A model generated the notes under the pieces. The model searched no databases. It was given only the letters and a program-made list of their open reading frames with translations, and was not told the origin of the DNA. Below, piece by piece: positions 49,858 to 59,326 of a DNA stretch of 64,000 bases (the first letter of the stretch is position 1; each line of letters opens with the position of its first letter). Location of the stretch: positions 49,699-113,698 of the IMG/VR virus record IMGVR_UViG_3300045988_135203. One strand, written 5' to 3'. The DNA comes from a virus. A program made the position numbers and the translations under genes.

Positions 49858-49896
49858 AGAGAGGGTAACCTGCGGGTTGCCCTCTCTTTTTTTTTG
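49858..49896 (+). terminator. rho-independent terminator (AGAGAGGGTAACC / GGTTGCCCTCTCT followed by T9)
   Basis: 13-bp stem with one G-U pair, 4-nt loop, followed by nine T residues. Confidence 0.85.
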
Positions 49897-49985
49897 GACA
49901 AAAATAATTAAAATAAAATTAGATATTTTTATAAATTCATAGAGATATAAAAAACTTAAATGAAATGAGAAAAAGGAGGTTAAAC

Positions 49986-52900
49986 ATGGCAGACAATACA
50001 ATAGCTAATGCTATTAAATTTTTAAAAGGCGAAGAAAAAAGTTTGCCCGCAACCAAAACTGAAGGTCAAGTATATTTTGCCTATAAGAATGTCGGCACCG
50101 CAGAGAAACCTTCATATACAGGTGCTATTTATATAGATACTCCTATTGGAGGAACTCAGAATAGAATAAAAATGACCGCAAATGCGGATATAGCAGAATA
50201 TGCTAAAAAAGCTAATACAGATTCTCAAGGTAATCTTATTACAGGATATTTAAGAAATGCTTCTTTGACTGGAAATGCTGATAGTCAAACTTTTACATTT
50301 ACTGCACCTAGTGGTGCAAAATTTAATTTAAAATTAAACGGAGTAAATGATTCACAAGCTGGATTAGTTACTTCTGGTGATCAAATATTTCCTGGATATA
50401 AAACATTAAAATTAAGAGCTAAACCTAGTTCTATAGTTGGCTCAAATGCTGAAAATTCAGATGGATGGTATAAAGTTGCTACAAGTACAATGAGGGATTA
50501 TGATAATACTAATATTTTATACTATGTTAAAAATGGATATAGTTCAGAAGCAGTCGGTATTTTAGATTTTGAAATGAGAAGTAATGATACTAGTATTCAA
50601 TGTTGGGCTTGTAAATGGCTTGTAAGAGGTGCTGGATTTACATCAGGTATGTTTCGTGTTGTTATTGATGGAATGACATGGACCTTATATGCTTATCAGC
50701 CAGTAAAAAGATGGGGTCGTATTTCAATAACTGAAATTTCCAATACAAATATGAGTGGTAATAATCCCAATTATAAAATTACTTATTATAATTCAACCAC
50801 TAAAGAAACTACTGAGCCTGATAAAACGATTAGTTCATCAGATGGCGGACAAGTATATTTAGCAAGCAAAACCACAAGCGATGGAAATGGTCAAAATATT
50901 GCTAATACTTATATTAAATCTTTATCATATTCTAATGATGGAAAGCAATTAATAGCAACGAGAGGCTCAGGGGATACCTCTTTAAAACTTTCATTACCAG
51001 TAGCTAGTTTAACTAAATCTGGTATTGTCACCACTGATGCTCAAAGTTTTGGTGGAACAAAGACTTTTACTACTATTAATTCTACCAATTTAACTGTAAC
51101 TGGTTCTAGTGGTTTTAATTATAGTGGTATTGAAACTGCCACTGGTAATAAAGCAAGACCAGTTTGGTTTGCATATGATGGCATAAATGGTAAGCCTGTA
51201 GTTAATGCTAATTTTACTTATAATCCTGCTACCCAGACACTTAGTGTTGCAAATTTATCTGGAACTGCACAAAAAGCTAGTAATGATGATGGTGGACAGA
51301 ATATTAGAAGTACTTATGTAAAATATAAAACTATAAAATTCAGTGCTGCAGCTGATAAAATCTATCTTTTAGAAGGTAATGGTGCAGGTAGTTCAACTAA
51401 TACTACTATAGGTGATTCAAACATTTCTACAGCCATCATTCCTGCAGCAACAGACAAAGCCGCAGGAGTTATTACAACTGGAACACAAACCTTTAGTGGT
51501 GAGAAAAAATTCAATAATACCATATTCGTAAATGACTGTTTAGCTAGTAAGTCTATAACAGGAACAAATATTACTAAATTAGTATTACTTAGTACACCTA
51601 ATGCAAATATAGGAGATGCTTCTCATACTACTTCAGTTTATTTTAAAGCTTTATTAAAATGGATTTGTTCTAATTATCCTAATAAAATTGAGTGTACTTT
51701 TTTGGGAAAAGTAACTCCTAGCTCAATAGCAAATACATCTATTTTTATTTATAATACTAGTCAAATAGATGCTACTTCTGGTTTACCTCAATATTCATCT
51801 GGTAGTTATACTCACCTTGGTGGTAATATTTATACTTTTGGTACTTATAATTATGCTTTTTACTTTAGAGAAAGCTTAATGTCGGATGACCATTATGCGG
51901 GTTCTGCTTCTTCAGGTGGTGCAGCCACAAGTGCTAATAAATTAAATACCAATGCAGGCTCAGCAACCCTACCAGTATATTTTTCTAATGGTATACCAGT
52001 AGCTTGTAGTACAAATTTAGGAGTTAGTATAACAGGAAATGCAGCTTCTGCTACTAAGTTAACTTCAAGTGCAGGTTCTACTACTCAGCCTATATATTTT
52101 AAAGATGGGAAACCTGTTGCTACTACCTATTCTTTAAATGCCACTATAAAAGCAGGAGTATCTAATAGGATAGCTTTTTATTCTGGTAATAATGAAATTT
52201 CAAGTACTAATTATTTAAAATATTATACTGCTACAAATAGTAAAAAAGCAAATCAAACTATTTTACGTATTTGGGGTACTACTTATGGTAATGATGCAAC
52301 TACTACAATTAGCGGTAAAGCAAGTTCTTTAAATTGGAACGATGGTGGCCCGCAAATACAATTTAGTACTTCTGAAGCAGGATCTCAAGATGGAGCTTTA
52401 ATTTTTACAGACCATGATTCAGCAGGAATTGGAGCAAGTTTTCATTTTGTATCAAATCAAAGTGAATGGAGTGTTGTTTCTAAAAGATTTGTTGCAAAAA
52501 CAAGTATAATCATCGGTCAAGAAGCTCATACCTCTGACAATCAAGGTTATAATTTATATGTTAATGGAACTGAATATATTAATGGAATTTTAACAGCTGT
52601 TGGTGATTGTAAGTTTATTGCTCATGGTAATGAATTCAATTTTGTTCCAACTTTAAAAGCCTCAACTTCTGTATGGCTTAATTATAGACAGACAGGTGGA
52701 CAACCTACAGATGGTGACTTTATTATTAATGAATATATTTTTGGTAATGGTGCAAATAAAGCTTTAGCAAGCATTAAAGATGGTTTATTTTCCGGAGCTG
52801 CTACTTATGTTCGTGATTCTAATAATAAAACAAATAATATTTCAATAACTTATTCTAAAGTTGGACAAACATCAACTTCTTGGCTTGCTTCTTGGAATGG

Positions 52901-54074
52901 GTATGAATTAGGTTGTATTTCTCCTGCTAATATTACTGCGGGTAAAGCTACTAAATTAGCTACAGTACGTACTATAACTTTATCTGGAGCTGTAACTGGC
53001 TCAGTTAGTTTTGATGGTAGCGCAAATGTAACTCTTACTACAAATGTTAATCATACGCATAGTCAATATTATGATTCAAATATATCGAGAACTAAAAATA
53101 CAGTACTTGCTGCACCAAATGGAGCAGATGGTAAAGCTGTATTTAGAAGTTTAGTTGCTGCAGATATTCCTTCTTTAACCAAGAGTAAAATATCTGATTT
53201 TCCAAGCTCTATGCCTGCGAGTGACGTTTATGCATGGGCTAAAGCAAGCAGTAAACCAAGTTATAGTTGGGGTGAGATTACTGGTAAACCGAGTACATTT
53301 ACACCAAGTAGTCATACTCATAATTATTTACCTCTTTCAGGTGGAACAATGTCTGGAGATATAGGTATACCTAATACACCTTCTACTATTGATGGTTCCG
53401 TCCCATATGCAGGTTCTGTTGTAGTTACTGATAATATTACTAAATTTTCATCTTATAAAACATATTTAGGCACATATTGTGATAGTACGGGTACCTGGCG
53501 CAATATGATTTCTATAAGACATAGAAATGGTGCCAATGATGGAATTGATTATGGCATGATGATTTATACACAGCTTACTAGTAAAAGTGATCTTAACTGG
53601 AATAAACAGATAGGAAAAGACAACTGGCAGGGAAGCCGTACAATCCTCGATTCTTCAAATTTCGTTACATATGTACCAACAAAAACTGGTGGTGGAGCTT
53701 CAGGAACTTGGGGAATCAGTGTAACTGGCTCTTCTACATCTTGTACAGGTAACGCTGCTACTGCAACTAAACTTCAAACAGCATGCACTATCAATGGAAC
53801 TTCTTTTAATGGAACAAGTAATATTACAACCTCATATTGGGGAACCGCTAGAAATATTTATATTAGAGATTGTACTAATTCTAATACAGGAACTGCTGTT
53901 TCAGTAAATGGTTCTACCAATGCTTATCTTTCAATGCCATCAACAGCGAGGTTTACTGGTTCTGTTGGAATTGGAAACGGTTCTGGAGCAACTCTTAATT
54001 TCTATACTGCTGCAGACACTATTGGCGCAAAAATTGTTGCATATAACGATAGAATAGAATTCGTATTTGCTTAA
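49986..54074 (+). CDS. tail fibre / receptor-binding protein (1362 aa from ATG 49986)
   Basis: The track start 49965 has no RBS. ATG 49986 has AAAGGAGG 7 nt upstream. Contains two copies of the fibre motif common in phages of Gram-positive bacteria: AGKATKLATVRTITLSGAVTGSVSFDGSANVTL..NHTHSQY (~52940-53060) and AATATKLQTACTINGTSFNGTSNITT (~53757-53830). Also contains GTWGISVTGS, which is shared with the downstream fibres. Confidence 0.75.
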   Translation: MADNTIANAIKFLKGEEKSLPATKTEGQVYFAYKNVGTAEKPSYTGAIYIDTPIGGTQNRIKMTANADIAEYAKKANTDSQGNLITGYLRNASLTGNADSQTFTFTAPSGAKFNLKLNGVNDSQAGLVTSGDQIFPGYKTLKLRAKPSSIVGSNAENSDGWYKVATSTMRDYDNTNILYYVKNGYSSEAVGILDFEMRSNDTSIQCWACKWLVRGAGFTSGMFRVVIDGMTWTLYAYQPVKRWGRISITEISNTNMSGNNPNYKITYYNSTTKETTEPDKTISSSDGGQVYLASKTTSDGNGQNIANTYIKSLSYSNDGKQLIATRGSGDTSLKLSLPVASLTKSGIVTTDAQSFGGTKTFTTINSTNLTVTGSSGFNYSGIETATGNKARPVWFAYDGINGKPVVNANFTYNPATQTLSVANLSGTAQKASNDDGGQNIRSTYVKYKTIKFSAAADKIYLLEGNGAGSSTNTTIGDSNISTAIIPAATDKAAGVITTGTQTFSGEKKFNNTIFVNDCLASKSITGTNITKLVLLSTPNANIGDASHTTSVYFKALLKWICSNYPNKIECTFLGKVTPSSIANTSIFIYNTSQIDATSGLPQYSSGSYTHLGGNIYTFGTYNYAFYFRESLMSDDHYAGSASSGGAATSANKLNTNAGSATLPVYFSNGIPVACSTNLGVSITGNAASATKLTSSAGSTTQPIYFKDGKPVATTYSLNATIKAGVSNRIAFYSGNNEISSTNYLKYYTATNSKKANQTILRIWGTTYGNDATTTISGKASSLNWNDGGPQIQFSTSEAGSQDGALIFTDHDSAGIGASFHFVSNQSEWSVVSKRFVAKTSIIIGQEAHTSDNQGYNLYVNGTEYINGILTAVGDCKFIAHGNEFNFVPTLKASTSVWLNYRQTGGQPTDGDFIINEYIFGNGANKALASIKDGLFSGAATYVRDSNNKTNNISITYSKVGQTSTSWLASWNGYELGCISPANITAGKATKLATVRTITLSGAVTGSVSFDGSANVTLTTNVNHTHSQYYDSNISRTKNTVLAAPNGADGKAVFRSLVAADIPSLTKSKISDFPSSMPASDVYAWAKASSKPSYSWGEITGKPSTFTPSSHTHNYLPLSGGTMSGDIGIPNTPSTIDGSVPYAGSVVVTDNITKFSSYKTYLGTYCDSTGTWRNMISIRHRNGANDGIDYGMMIYTQLTSKSDLNWNKQIGKDNWQGSRTILDSSNFVTYVPTKTGGGASGTWGISVTGSSTSCTGNAATATKLQTACTINGTSFNGTSNITTSYWGTARNIYIRDCTNSNTGTAVSVNGSTNAYLSMPSTARFTGSVGIGNGSGATLNFYTAADTIGAKIVAYNDRIEFVFA

Positions 54075-54088
54075 TATAAAAATCTAAT

Positions 54089-54125
54089 AGGTTAAGGTCA
54101 AATTGACTTTAACCTATTTTTTTTA
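54089..54125 (+). terminator. rho-independent terminator (AGGTTAAGGTCA / TGACTTTAACCT followed by T9)
   Basis: 12-bp stem with one mismatch, followed by ATTTTTTTTT. Confidence 0.75.
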
Positions 54126-54155
54126 TACTATTATTTAGATATAAAGGAGTTAATT

Positions 54156-54959
54156 ATGCTAGACAATTTAAAAAATAATTTATTTTTGGAAGCCTATACT
54201 GTCGCGAATTTTGATAAACCGCACCTACTTTTTACTGATAATCAAACTTTTAGTTCTACAAATTCTTATACAAAACTTACTACTAGTGTTGGTGTACCTT
54301 ATGCTTATTACAGTGGGGGTACTACAATAAAAATAAGACAAAATTATGGTAGTTCTTTTGGATATTGCGGGTTTATGAGATTTCCTTATTCTCCCAGAAG
54401 TATTATAAATTTGGGGGCTTACAATGAAACGGGAGAAAAAGTTGTTCAAGATGTGCAAAATTATACAAATAATCAGTCTGAAGATTATTTTTTTTTAGTT
54501 GATATAATATATAATTCTGGTTCTAATGTTTATACGATAACATTAAATATTTACTCTACTTTACAAAATAAATGGGTTTATACTAATAACCTAAATATGC
54601 ATATGCCTAGTGGATATAATACAGATTCAATATCAGATTATTGTCCTGGATTTATATTTGAAACTACTGGTCCTGTATGGATATATAATTTTAGAGGATA
54701 TGGCTATAGTATTGGTAAAATTAATGCAGAAGATTTAGCTTGTGGGAAAGTATATTATATAAAAGCTACTAAAACTTTAATGGCACCTTGCTTTAATGAA
54801 TACAAAAATACTGATTATGCTAATGGTGGACATAATTATACTAATACTTGCTTTTCTAGGAAGGGCGGAGTTTGCTGTAAAGGTACTATCGAACAATCTA
54901 ACTTAAATAGAATTACTAGAACAGGTGATGTAAAATATAATGATATTATTGAATATTAA
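54156..54959 (+). CDS. hypothetical Cys-containing protein (267 aa) embedded in the fibre cluster
   Basis: RBS AAAGGAG. Has its own terminator upstream. No signal peptide. C-terminal CFSRKGGVCCKGT. Confidence 0.55.
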   Translation: MLDNLKNNLFLEAYTVANFDKPHLLFTDNQTFSSTNSYTKLTTSVGVPYAYYSGGTTIKIRQNYGSSFGYCGFMRFPYSPRSIINLGAYNETGEKVVQDVQNYTNNQSEDYFFLVDIIYNSGSNVYTITLNIYSTLQNKWVYTNNLNMHMPSGYNTDSISDYCPGFIFETTGPVWIYNFRGYGYSIGKINAEDLACGKVYYIKATKTLMAPCFNEYKNTDYANGGHNYTNTCFSRKGGVCCKGTIEQSNLNRITRTGDVKYNDIIEY

Positions 54960-54970
54960 GGAGGGATAAA

Positions 54971-56071
54971 ATGGCAATTTTAAAAGATACGACAATTAAT
55001 GGGACTTTAACCTTGACGGGAAATGGCTATATAACTCTTCCTAAAAAATCTCTTTCTTGGTTACAAGGTTTTCAGCAATCTCCAATTCAAATATCAGATG
55101 CTACTGATAATGGCGGTTATCATCCTTGGATAATCCAGAAGAATACAAGTTCTGCAAAAATGTTTACGATGGGTGTTTATCAAAGTTATTTTGTAATGGC
55201 GGGAAGTGCAACTTCAAGAACAAGTAATGGTTATGATAATGCATTATTTTTTAATGTTACTAATGGAGAATTGAAATTAAATAATTCTTATCTTTATTTA
55301 CATTCTAATAATTATAATAATTATGCTCCTACTAAATCTGGCGGTGGCGCACATGGTACTTGGGGTATTAATATTTCAGGTAACGCCGCAAGCCTATCCT
55401 CAACATTACCTATTAGTAAAGGTGGTACTGGAAGTACAAGCTTTACTTCTAATAGAATGATATATTATAATGGTTCTAGATTAGTATCAGCAAGCAATGT
55501 TAGAGTTTATAGTTCAGAAATTTTTGTTGAAGTTAATAATACTGATACAGTACGTTTTTATGTTCAAAATAATAATAATACTGTAGATTTAAGAACATCA
55601 ACTAGTGCAGGTGTTTATCATAGTAATAGTAAAGGAAGTAAATCAGCTAAATGGCTTATTTATATCAATACTTCTGGAACAGTTGTTGCTAATACATCCG
55701 ATAGAAGAAAGAAAAAATATATTGAAGATACTACAGAATATGAAACAACTTCGATATTAAAAAATATTAAAATTCGTAATTTTATATATAAAGAAGATAT
55801 AGGACATAATAATTTAGTTCAAAATGGTATTTTTGCTCAGGATTTAAGGGATATTATGAAACATTATAATATAAGTAATCGTCCTTGGTTGCAATGGCAT
55901 TATAATAATGATGATAATGTTTATTATGATATAAATGAACCAGAAACAGATAATATGACTTATGAAATTAATTATTCTAGTTTAATTCCATTACTTATAA
56001 AAGGTTGGCAAATTAATGAAAATAAAATTTCTCAATTAAAAGATAAAATTAAAGAATTGGAAGAGATGTAA
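54971..56071 (+). CDS. tail fibre protein with a C-terminal S74-type intramolecular chaperone (autoproteolytic) domain (366 aa)
   Basis: C-terminal ~140 aa (TSDRRKKKYIED...GIFAQDLRD...INYSSLIPLLIKGWQ...LKDKIKELEE) fit the Peptidase_S74 chaperone domain of endosialidase and L-shaped fibres: the Ser-Lys dyad context, the GxxAQ(D/E) motif and YxSLIPLL. The shared motif PTKSGGGAHGTWGINISGNAASLS links it to the neighbouring fibres. Confidence 0.7.
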   Translation: MAILKDTTINGTLTLTGNGYITLPKKSLSWLQGFQQSPIQISDATDNGGYHPWIIQKNTSSAKMFTMGVYQSYFVMAGSATSRTSNGYDNALFFNVTNGELKLNNSYLYLHSNNYNNYAPTKSGGGAHGTWGINISGNAASLSSTLPISKGGTGSTSFTSNRMIYYNGSRLVSASNVRVYSSEIFVEVNNTDTVRFYVQNNNNTVDLRTSTSAGVYHSNSKGSKSAKWLIYINTSGTVVANTSDRRKKKYIEDTTEYETTSILKNIKIRNFIYKEDIGHNNLVQNGIFAQDLRDIMKHYNISNRPWLQWHYNNDDNVYYDINEPETDNMTYEINYSSLIPLLIKGWQINENKISQLKDKIKELEEM

Positions 56072-56074
56072 ATT

Positions 56075-57331
56075 ATGTCTAGATTACGTTCTACTTTAAT
56101 AAATGGAGATTTAACTACTACTAATACTATTACAATTCCACAGAGAAATGTTTCATGGATAGATGGATTTAAAAATTCACCAATTAAAATAATTGATAGT
56201 ACTGATTCATCTAATTATACCCCTTGGTTAATACAATATAATATAGCAGATACTTATACTAGTTATGTTAGTTTTGGGACTTTTATAAATGATATAACTT
56301 TAGTTGGAATACATAAAACTAAATATGATGATGCTATTGAAATTGAACCAGAAAGTAATAATTCTAATATTGCAGTAGCTTCTGACCCTGATGTAACTTT
56401 TGAAGAAGATTTAGATGAAAATTGTATGGTTAGATGGTGGTTTAATGTTGATAATGGCGGATTTGGTATAAGAGGTAGTAAAAAAAGATTAAATGATAAA
56501 AATTGTTATTATATTAATTCTAATAATTATACTAATTATATGCCATCTAAAGCAGGTTCTGGAGCTTCTGGCACTTGGGGAATTAATATTTCGGGTAATG
56601 CCGCAAGTTTATCAAAAGTATTATCAATAGATAAAGGTGGAACTGGTCATAGTTCAATGCAATCTGGTTGTATACTTGTCAAAGGTAGTGGCATCGGAAC
56701 TTTTCCTTGTCTTAAAGCTAATAATTCTACCTATGGAATAGAAACTACAACTGCACAAGCTAAAATAGGAGTATGGAATAATTATAATACAGTAGAATTA
56801 GCTACAAATCAAAATGCTGGTATTTATTGTGATGCTAAAACTTTTACTGATGGAGAAACGAATCCTCCAGATTCAATATATGGAAAGGAAAGTAGATGGC
56901 TCATTTATATTAATACTTCTGGTACTGTTACAAAAAATACCTCAGATAAAAGAAGAAAATTATATATAGAAGATATGCCAGAAAACGAAACTAAAGTATT
57001 ATTAAATGTTCCAATTCGCAACTTTGTATTTAAAGAAGACATTGGACATAATGACCTTGAACAAAATGGTGTATTTGCTCAAGATTTGCGGGAGTTATTA
57101 AAAAAGAATAATATAGGTAATCGTCCTTATTTACAATGGGAATATAACGATAATGACAGAGATGATGTATATTATGATATTAATGCTCCAGAAAAAGATG
57201 ATATGACTTATTCTGTATCTTATAATCATATGATACCTGCGCTTATCAAAGGCTGGCAAATGCAGAATAAAGAAATTGAAGAATTAGAAAAGAAACTCGC
57301 AATACTTAGAATAAAGAAATTAGGTAAATAA
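56075..57331 (+). CDS. paralogous tail fibre protein with a C-terminal S74-type intramolecular chaperone domain (418 aa)
   Basis: Tandem paralogue of the previous gene with a 3-nt gap. Contains SKAGSGASGTWGINISGNAASLS and a C-terminal TSDKRRKLYIED...GVFAQDLRE...VSYNHMIPALIKGWQ. Confidence 0.7.
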   Translation: MSRLRSTLINGDLTTTNTITIPQRNVSWIDGFKNSPIKIIDSTDSSNYTPWLIQYNIADTYTSYVSFGTFINDITLVGIHKTKYDDAIEIEPESNNSNIAVASDPDVTFEEDLDENCMVRWWFNVDNGGFGIRGSKKRLNDKNCYYINSNNYTNYMPSKAGSGASGTWGINISGNAASLSKVLSIDKGGTGHSSMQSGCILVKGSGIGTFPCLKANNSTYGIETTTAQAKIGVWNNYNTVELATNQNAGIYCDAKTFTDGETNPPDSIYGKESRWLIYINTSGTVTKNTSDKRRKLYIEDMPENETKVLLNVPIRNFVFKEDIGHNDLEQNGVFAQDLRELLKKNNIGNRPYLQWEYNDNDRDDVYYDINAPEKDDMTYSVSYNHMIPALIKGWQMQNKEIEELEKKLAILRIKKLGK

Positions 57332-57333
57332 TT

Positions 57334-58428
57334 ATGGCTATTATTGGAAAATGGATGTTTTATAGATCTGGAAGTTTGGGCAGTAAAAAATTTGCTACTA
57401 ACAATGAAATGATTCAAGAAGGCGATGAATTTTTTTGGAAAATAGATTATAAGGGCAATTTTACTGGAACTGCCCATCAAGCCAATCAATTAGGAAGCTC
57501 AACTATTGGTAGCTTAACAAAACCAATATACTTAGTAAACGGAAAACCTACAGCTTGTAGTGATTTAATGCCTAAATCTGGAGGAACTTTTTCTGGTGCT
57601 GTAACATTTAATAGTACAGTTACATGCAGCTCTACTTTAAAGTGCGGAGAATACATAAAAAGTAGTAAATCAGCTTATGCTGGTATAACCAGTTACATAG
57701 ATATGGCAGCTACATCTACAGCTGCTGGAGTAAAAGGTGCAATTTGTATTAGAAATAGTAGTGGAATACATATACAAGGTAATATTGTTGTAATTGAAGG
57801 CGACACAAGTACACCTGCTGCATATGAAGCAGGATATCATATGACAGAAACTGGAAATATGTGTGTTAGAGGAAAATTTCTATGTAAAAATGTTATAGGC
57901 TCATCATATATGTACAATCATGACACAGTATCTGGTGGTGCTAATGTTTATGTTACTTCTAATGGTTGGTTAAGAAGAGCTACTTCTTCAGCAAAATATA
58001 AATTAGATATTAAAGAAATAGAAGAAGACGAAAAATATCCTTATAAAATTTTAAATTTAAAACCAAAACAATGGTTTGATAAAAATAGCATTGAAAAATA
58101 CTCTCAATGGTTAGAAGGTAAAATTAAAAAAGATGAATTAGATGATTGTTCGATAGATTCTTATTATGGCTTAATAGCCGAAGATGTAGAAAAAGTTGGT
58201 TTAAATAAATTTTGTTTTTATGGATATGATAATGCTCGTAATTTAAAAACTATAGAAGGTATTCAATATGATAGATTGCCTATTTTATTTATACCAATAT
58301 TAAATGATTGTATTGATTGTTTTAAAGCTATTTTACCAACAGTGAAAGAGAATATTAAAGATAAAGAAACGTTAGATAAAATTGCTTCGTTAGAAGATAA
58401 ATTTAATTCTATTGGACTTTCTTCTTAA
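57334..58428 (+). CDS. third fibre-like protein with a divergent C-terminal S74-like chaperone domain (364 aa)
   Basis: Starts 2 nt after the previous stop. The C-terminus (ATSSAKYKLDIKEIE...YGLIAEDVEKV...IQYDRLPILFIPILND) matches the same chaperone-domain pattern. Confidence 0.6.
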   Translation: MAIIGKWMFYRSGSLGSKKFATNNEMIQEGDEFFWKIDYKGNFTGTAHQANQLGSSTIGSLTKPIYLVNGKPTACSDLMPKSGGTFSGAVTFNSTVTCSSTLKCGEYIKSSKSAYAGITSYIDMAATSTAAGVKGAICIRNSSGIHIQGNIVVIEGDTSTPAAYEAGYHMTETGNMCVRGKFLCKNVIGSSYMYNHDTVSGGANVYVTSNGWLRRATSSAKYKLDIKEIEEDEKYPYKILNLKPKQWFDKNSIEKYSQWLEGKIKKDELDDCSIDSYYGLIAEDVEKVGLNKFCFYGYDNARNLKTIEGIQYDRLPILFIPILNDCIDCFKAILPTVKENIKDKETLDKIASLEDKFNSIGLSS

Positions 58429-58466
58429 AATATTATAATATATAAATAAAAAAGGAGATACTAAAA

Positions 58467-58745
58467 GTGAGATTACACGCGGGAGATGTAGTTAAACATT
58501 TTAAACGAGAGACCCTTTCACAAGAAGAACAGGAAAACACTAAAAAATATTTATATATAATTTATGATATAGCAGAGCATACTGAAACTGGTGAAAAATT
58601 AGTAATATATCATAGCTTATATGAGCCATTTAAATTATATGCTCGTCCAATAGATATGTTTATGAGTGAAGTGGATAAAGAAAAATATCCAAACATAAAA
58701 CAAGAATATAGATTTGAACTTTGGGAGGATAAAAAGGATGAATAG
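58467..58745 (+). CDS. DUF1653-like small protein (92 aa; GTG start)
   Basis: The pattern HFKRE...YIIYDIAEHTETGEKLVIYHSLYEP...ARPIDMF...YRFE resembles the DUF1653 family as I remember it. RBS AAAGGAG. Confidence 0.45.
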   Translation: MRLHAGDVVKHFKRETLSQEEQENTKKYLYIIYDIAEHTETGEKLVIYHSLYEPFKLYARPIDMFMSEVDKEKYPNIKQEYRFELWEDKKDE

Positions 58746-59136
58746 TTTAGATATTTTAAAACAAATTTTTGATGTATGTATTGTGCCTTTAATTGCAATT
58801 TTAACTTCTTATTTAATTAGTTATATTCAAGTCCAAAAAGAGCAATTAAAGAAAAAAACAGATAATGAGTTACTAAATAAGTATATTGACATGGCGGCTA
58901 ATACTATTGCGGATTGTGTTACTACAACTAATCAAACGTATGTAGAAGCCTTGAAAAAAGAAGGTAAATTTGATGAGGAAGCGCAAAAGGTTGCCTTTCA
59001 AAAAACTTTAAATGCGGTTTTAGCTTTACTCACTAAAGAAGCTAAAGATTATTTAACTGAAGCTTATGGAGATTTGAATTTATATTTAACTAATAAAATT
59101 GAGTCTACAGTTAATGAGAAAAAAACTTCTAAATAA
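58738..59136 (+). CDS. putative holin (Holin_LLH / superfamily-6-like; 132 aa from ATG 58738)
   Basis: Single N-terminal TM helix (IVPLIAILTSYLISYI). The hydrophilic remainder shows an A.N..ADCV...NQTYVEALKKEGKFDEEAQK...IESTVNE pattern resembling LL-H-type holins. RBS GGAGGATAAAAAGG precedes ATG 58738. The track start 58714 lacks an RBS. A terminator follows. Confidence 0.5.
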   Translation: MNSLDILKQIFDVCIVPLIAILTSYLISYIQVQKEQLKKKTDNELLNKYIDMAANTIADCVTTTNQTYVEALKKEGKFDEEAQKVAFQKTLNAVLALLTKEAKDYLTEAYGDLNLYLTNKIESTVNEKKTSK

Positions 59137-59146
59137 TATATTGCCA

Positions 59147-59186
59147 AAGGGGTAGGTTCTTAGAAAAGGAACCTACCCCTTATTTT
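59147..59186 (+). terminator. rho-independent terminator (AAGGGGTAGGTTC / GAACCTACCCCTT)
   Basis: 13-bp perfect stem, 9-nt loop, followed by ATTTTG. Confidence 0.65.
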
Positions 59187-59326
59187 GCATTATACCAAAA
59201 ATTTTTTAGAAAAATATTTTGGAGTGTAGGAGAAAACTGGGCGAAGGAAGTAAAAGATTACCAAAAAATTCGCATATACTTATGAAAGGGAGAGGAGAAA
59301 AAGTTAATAGAAAGAAGGTAAGTAAA

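Noticed and set aside
49965-49985. Upstream ATG at 49965 for the 1369-aa ORF
   Set aside because: No RBS. ATG 49986 is preceded by AAAGGAGG at ideal spacing.
30732-58428. Possibility of a diversity-generating retroelement targeting a fibre C-terminus
   Set aside because: No reverse transcriptase ORF in the window. The internal protein repeats are strongly diverged at the DNA level rather than forming a template/variable repeat pair differing only at adenines.
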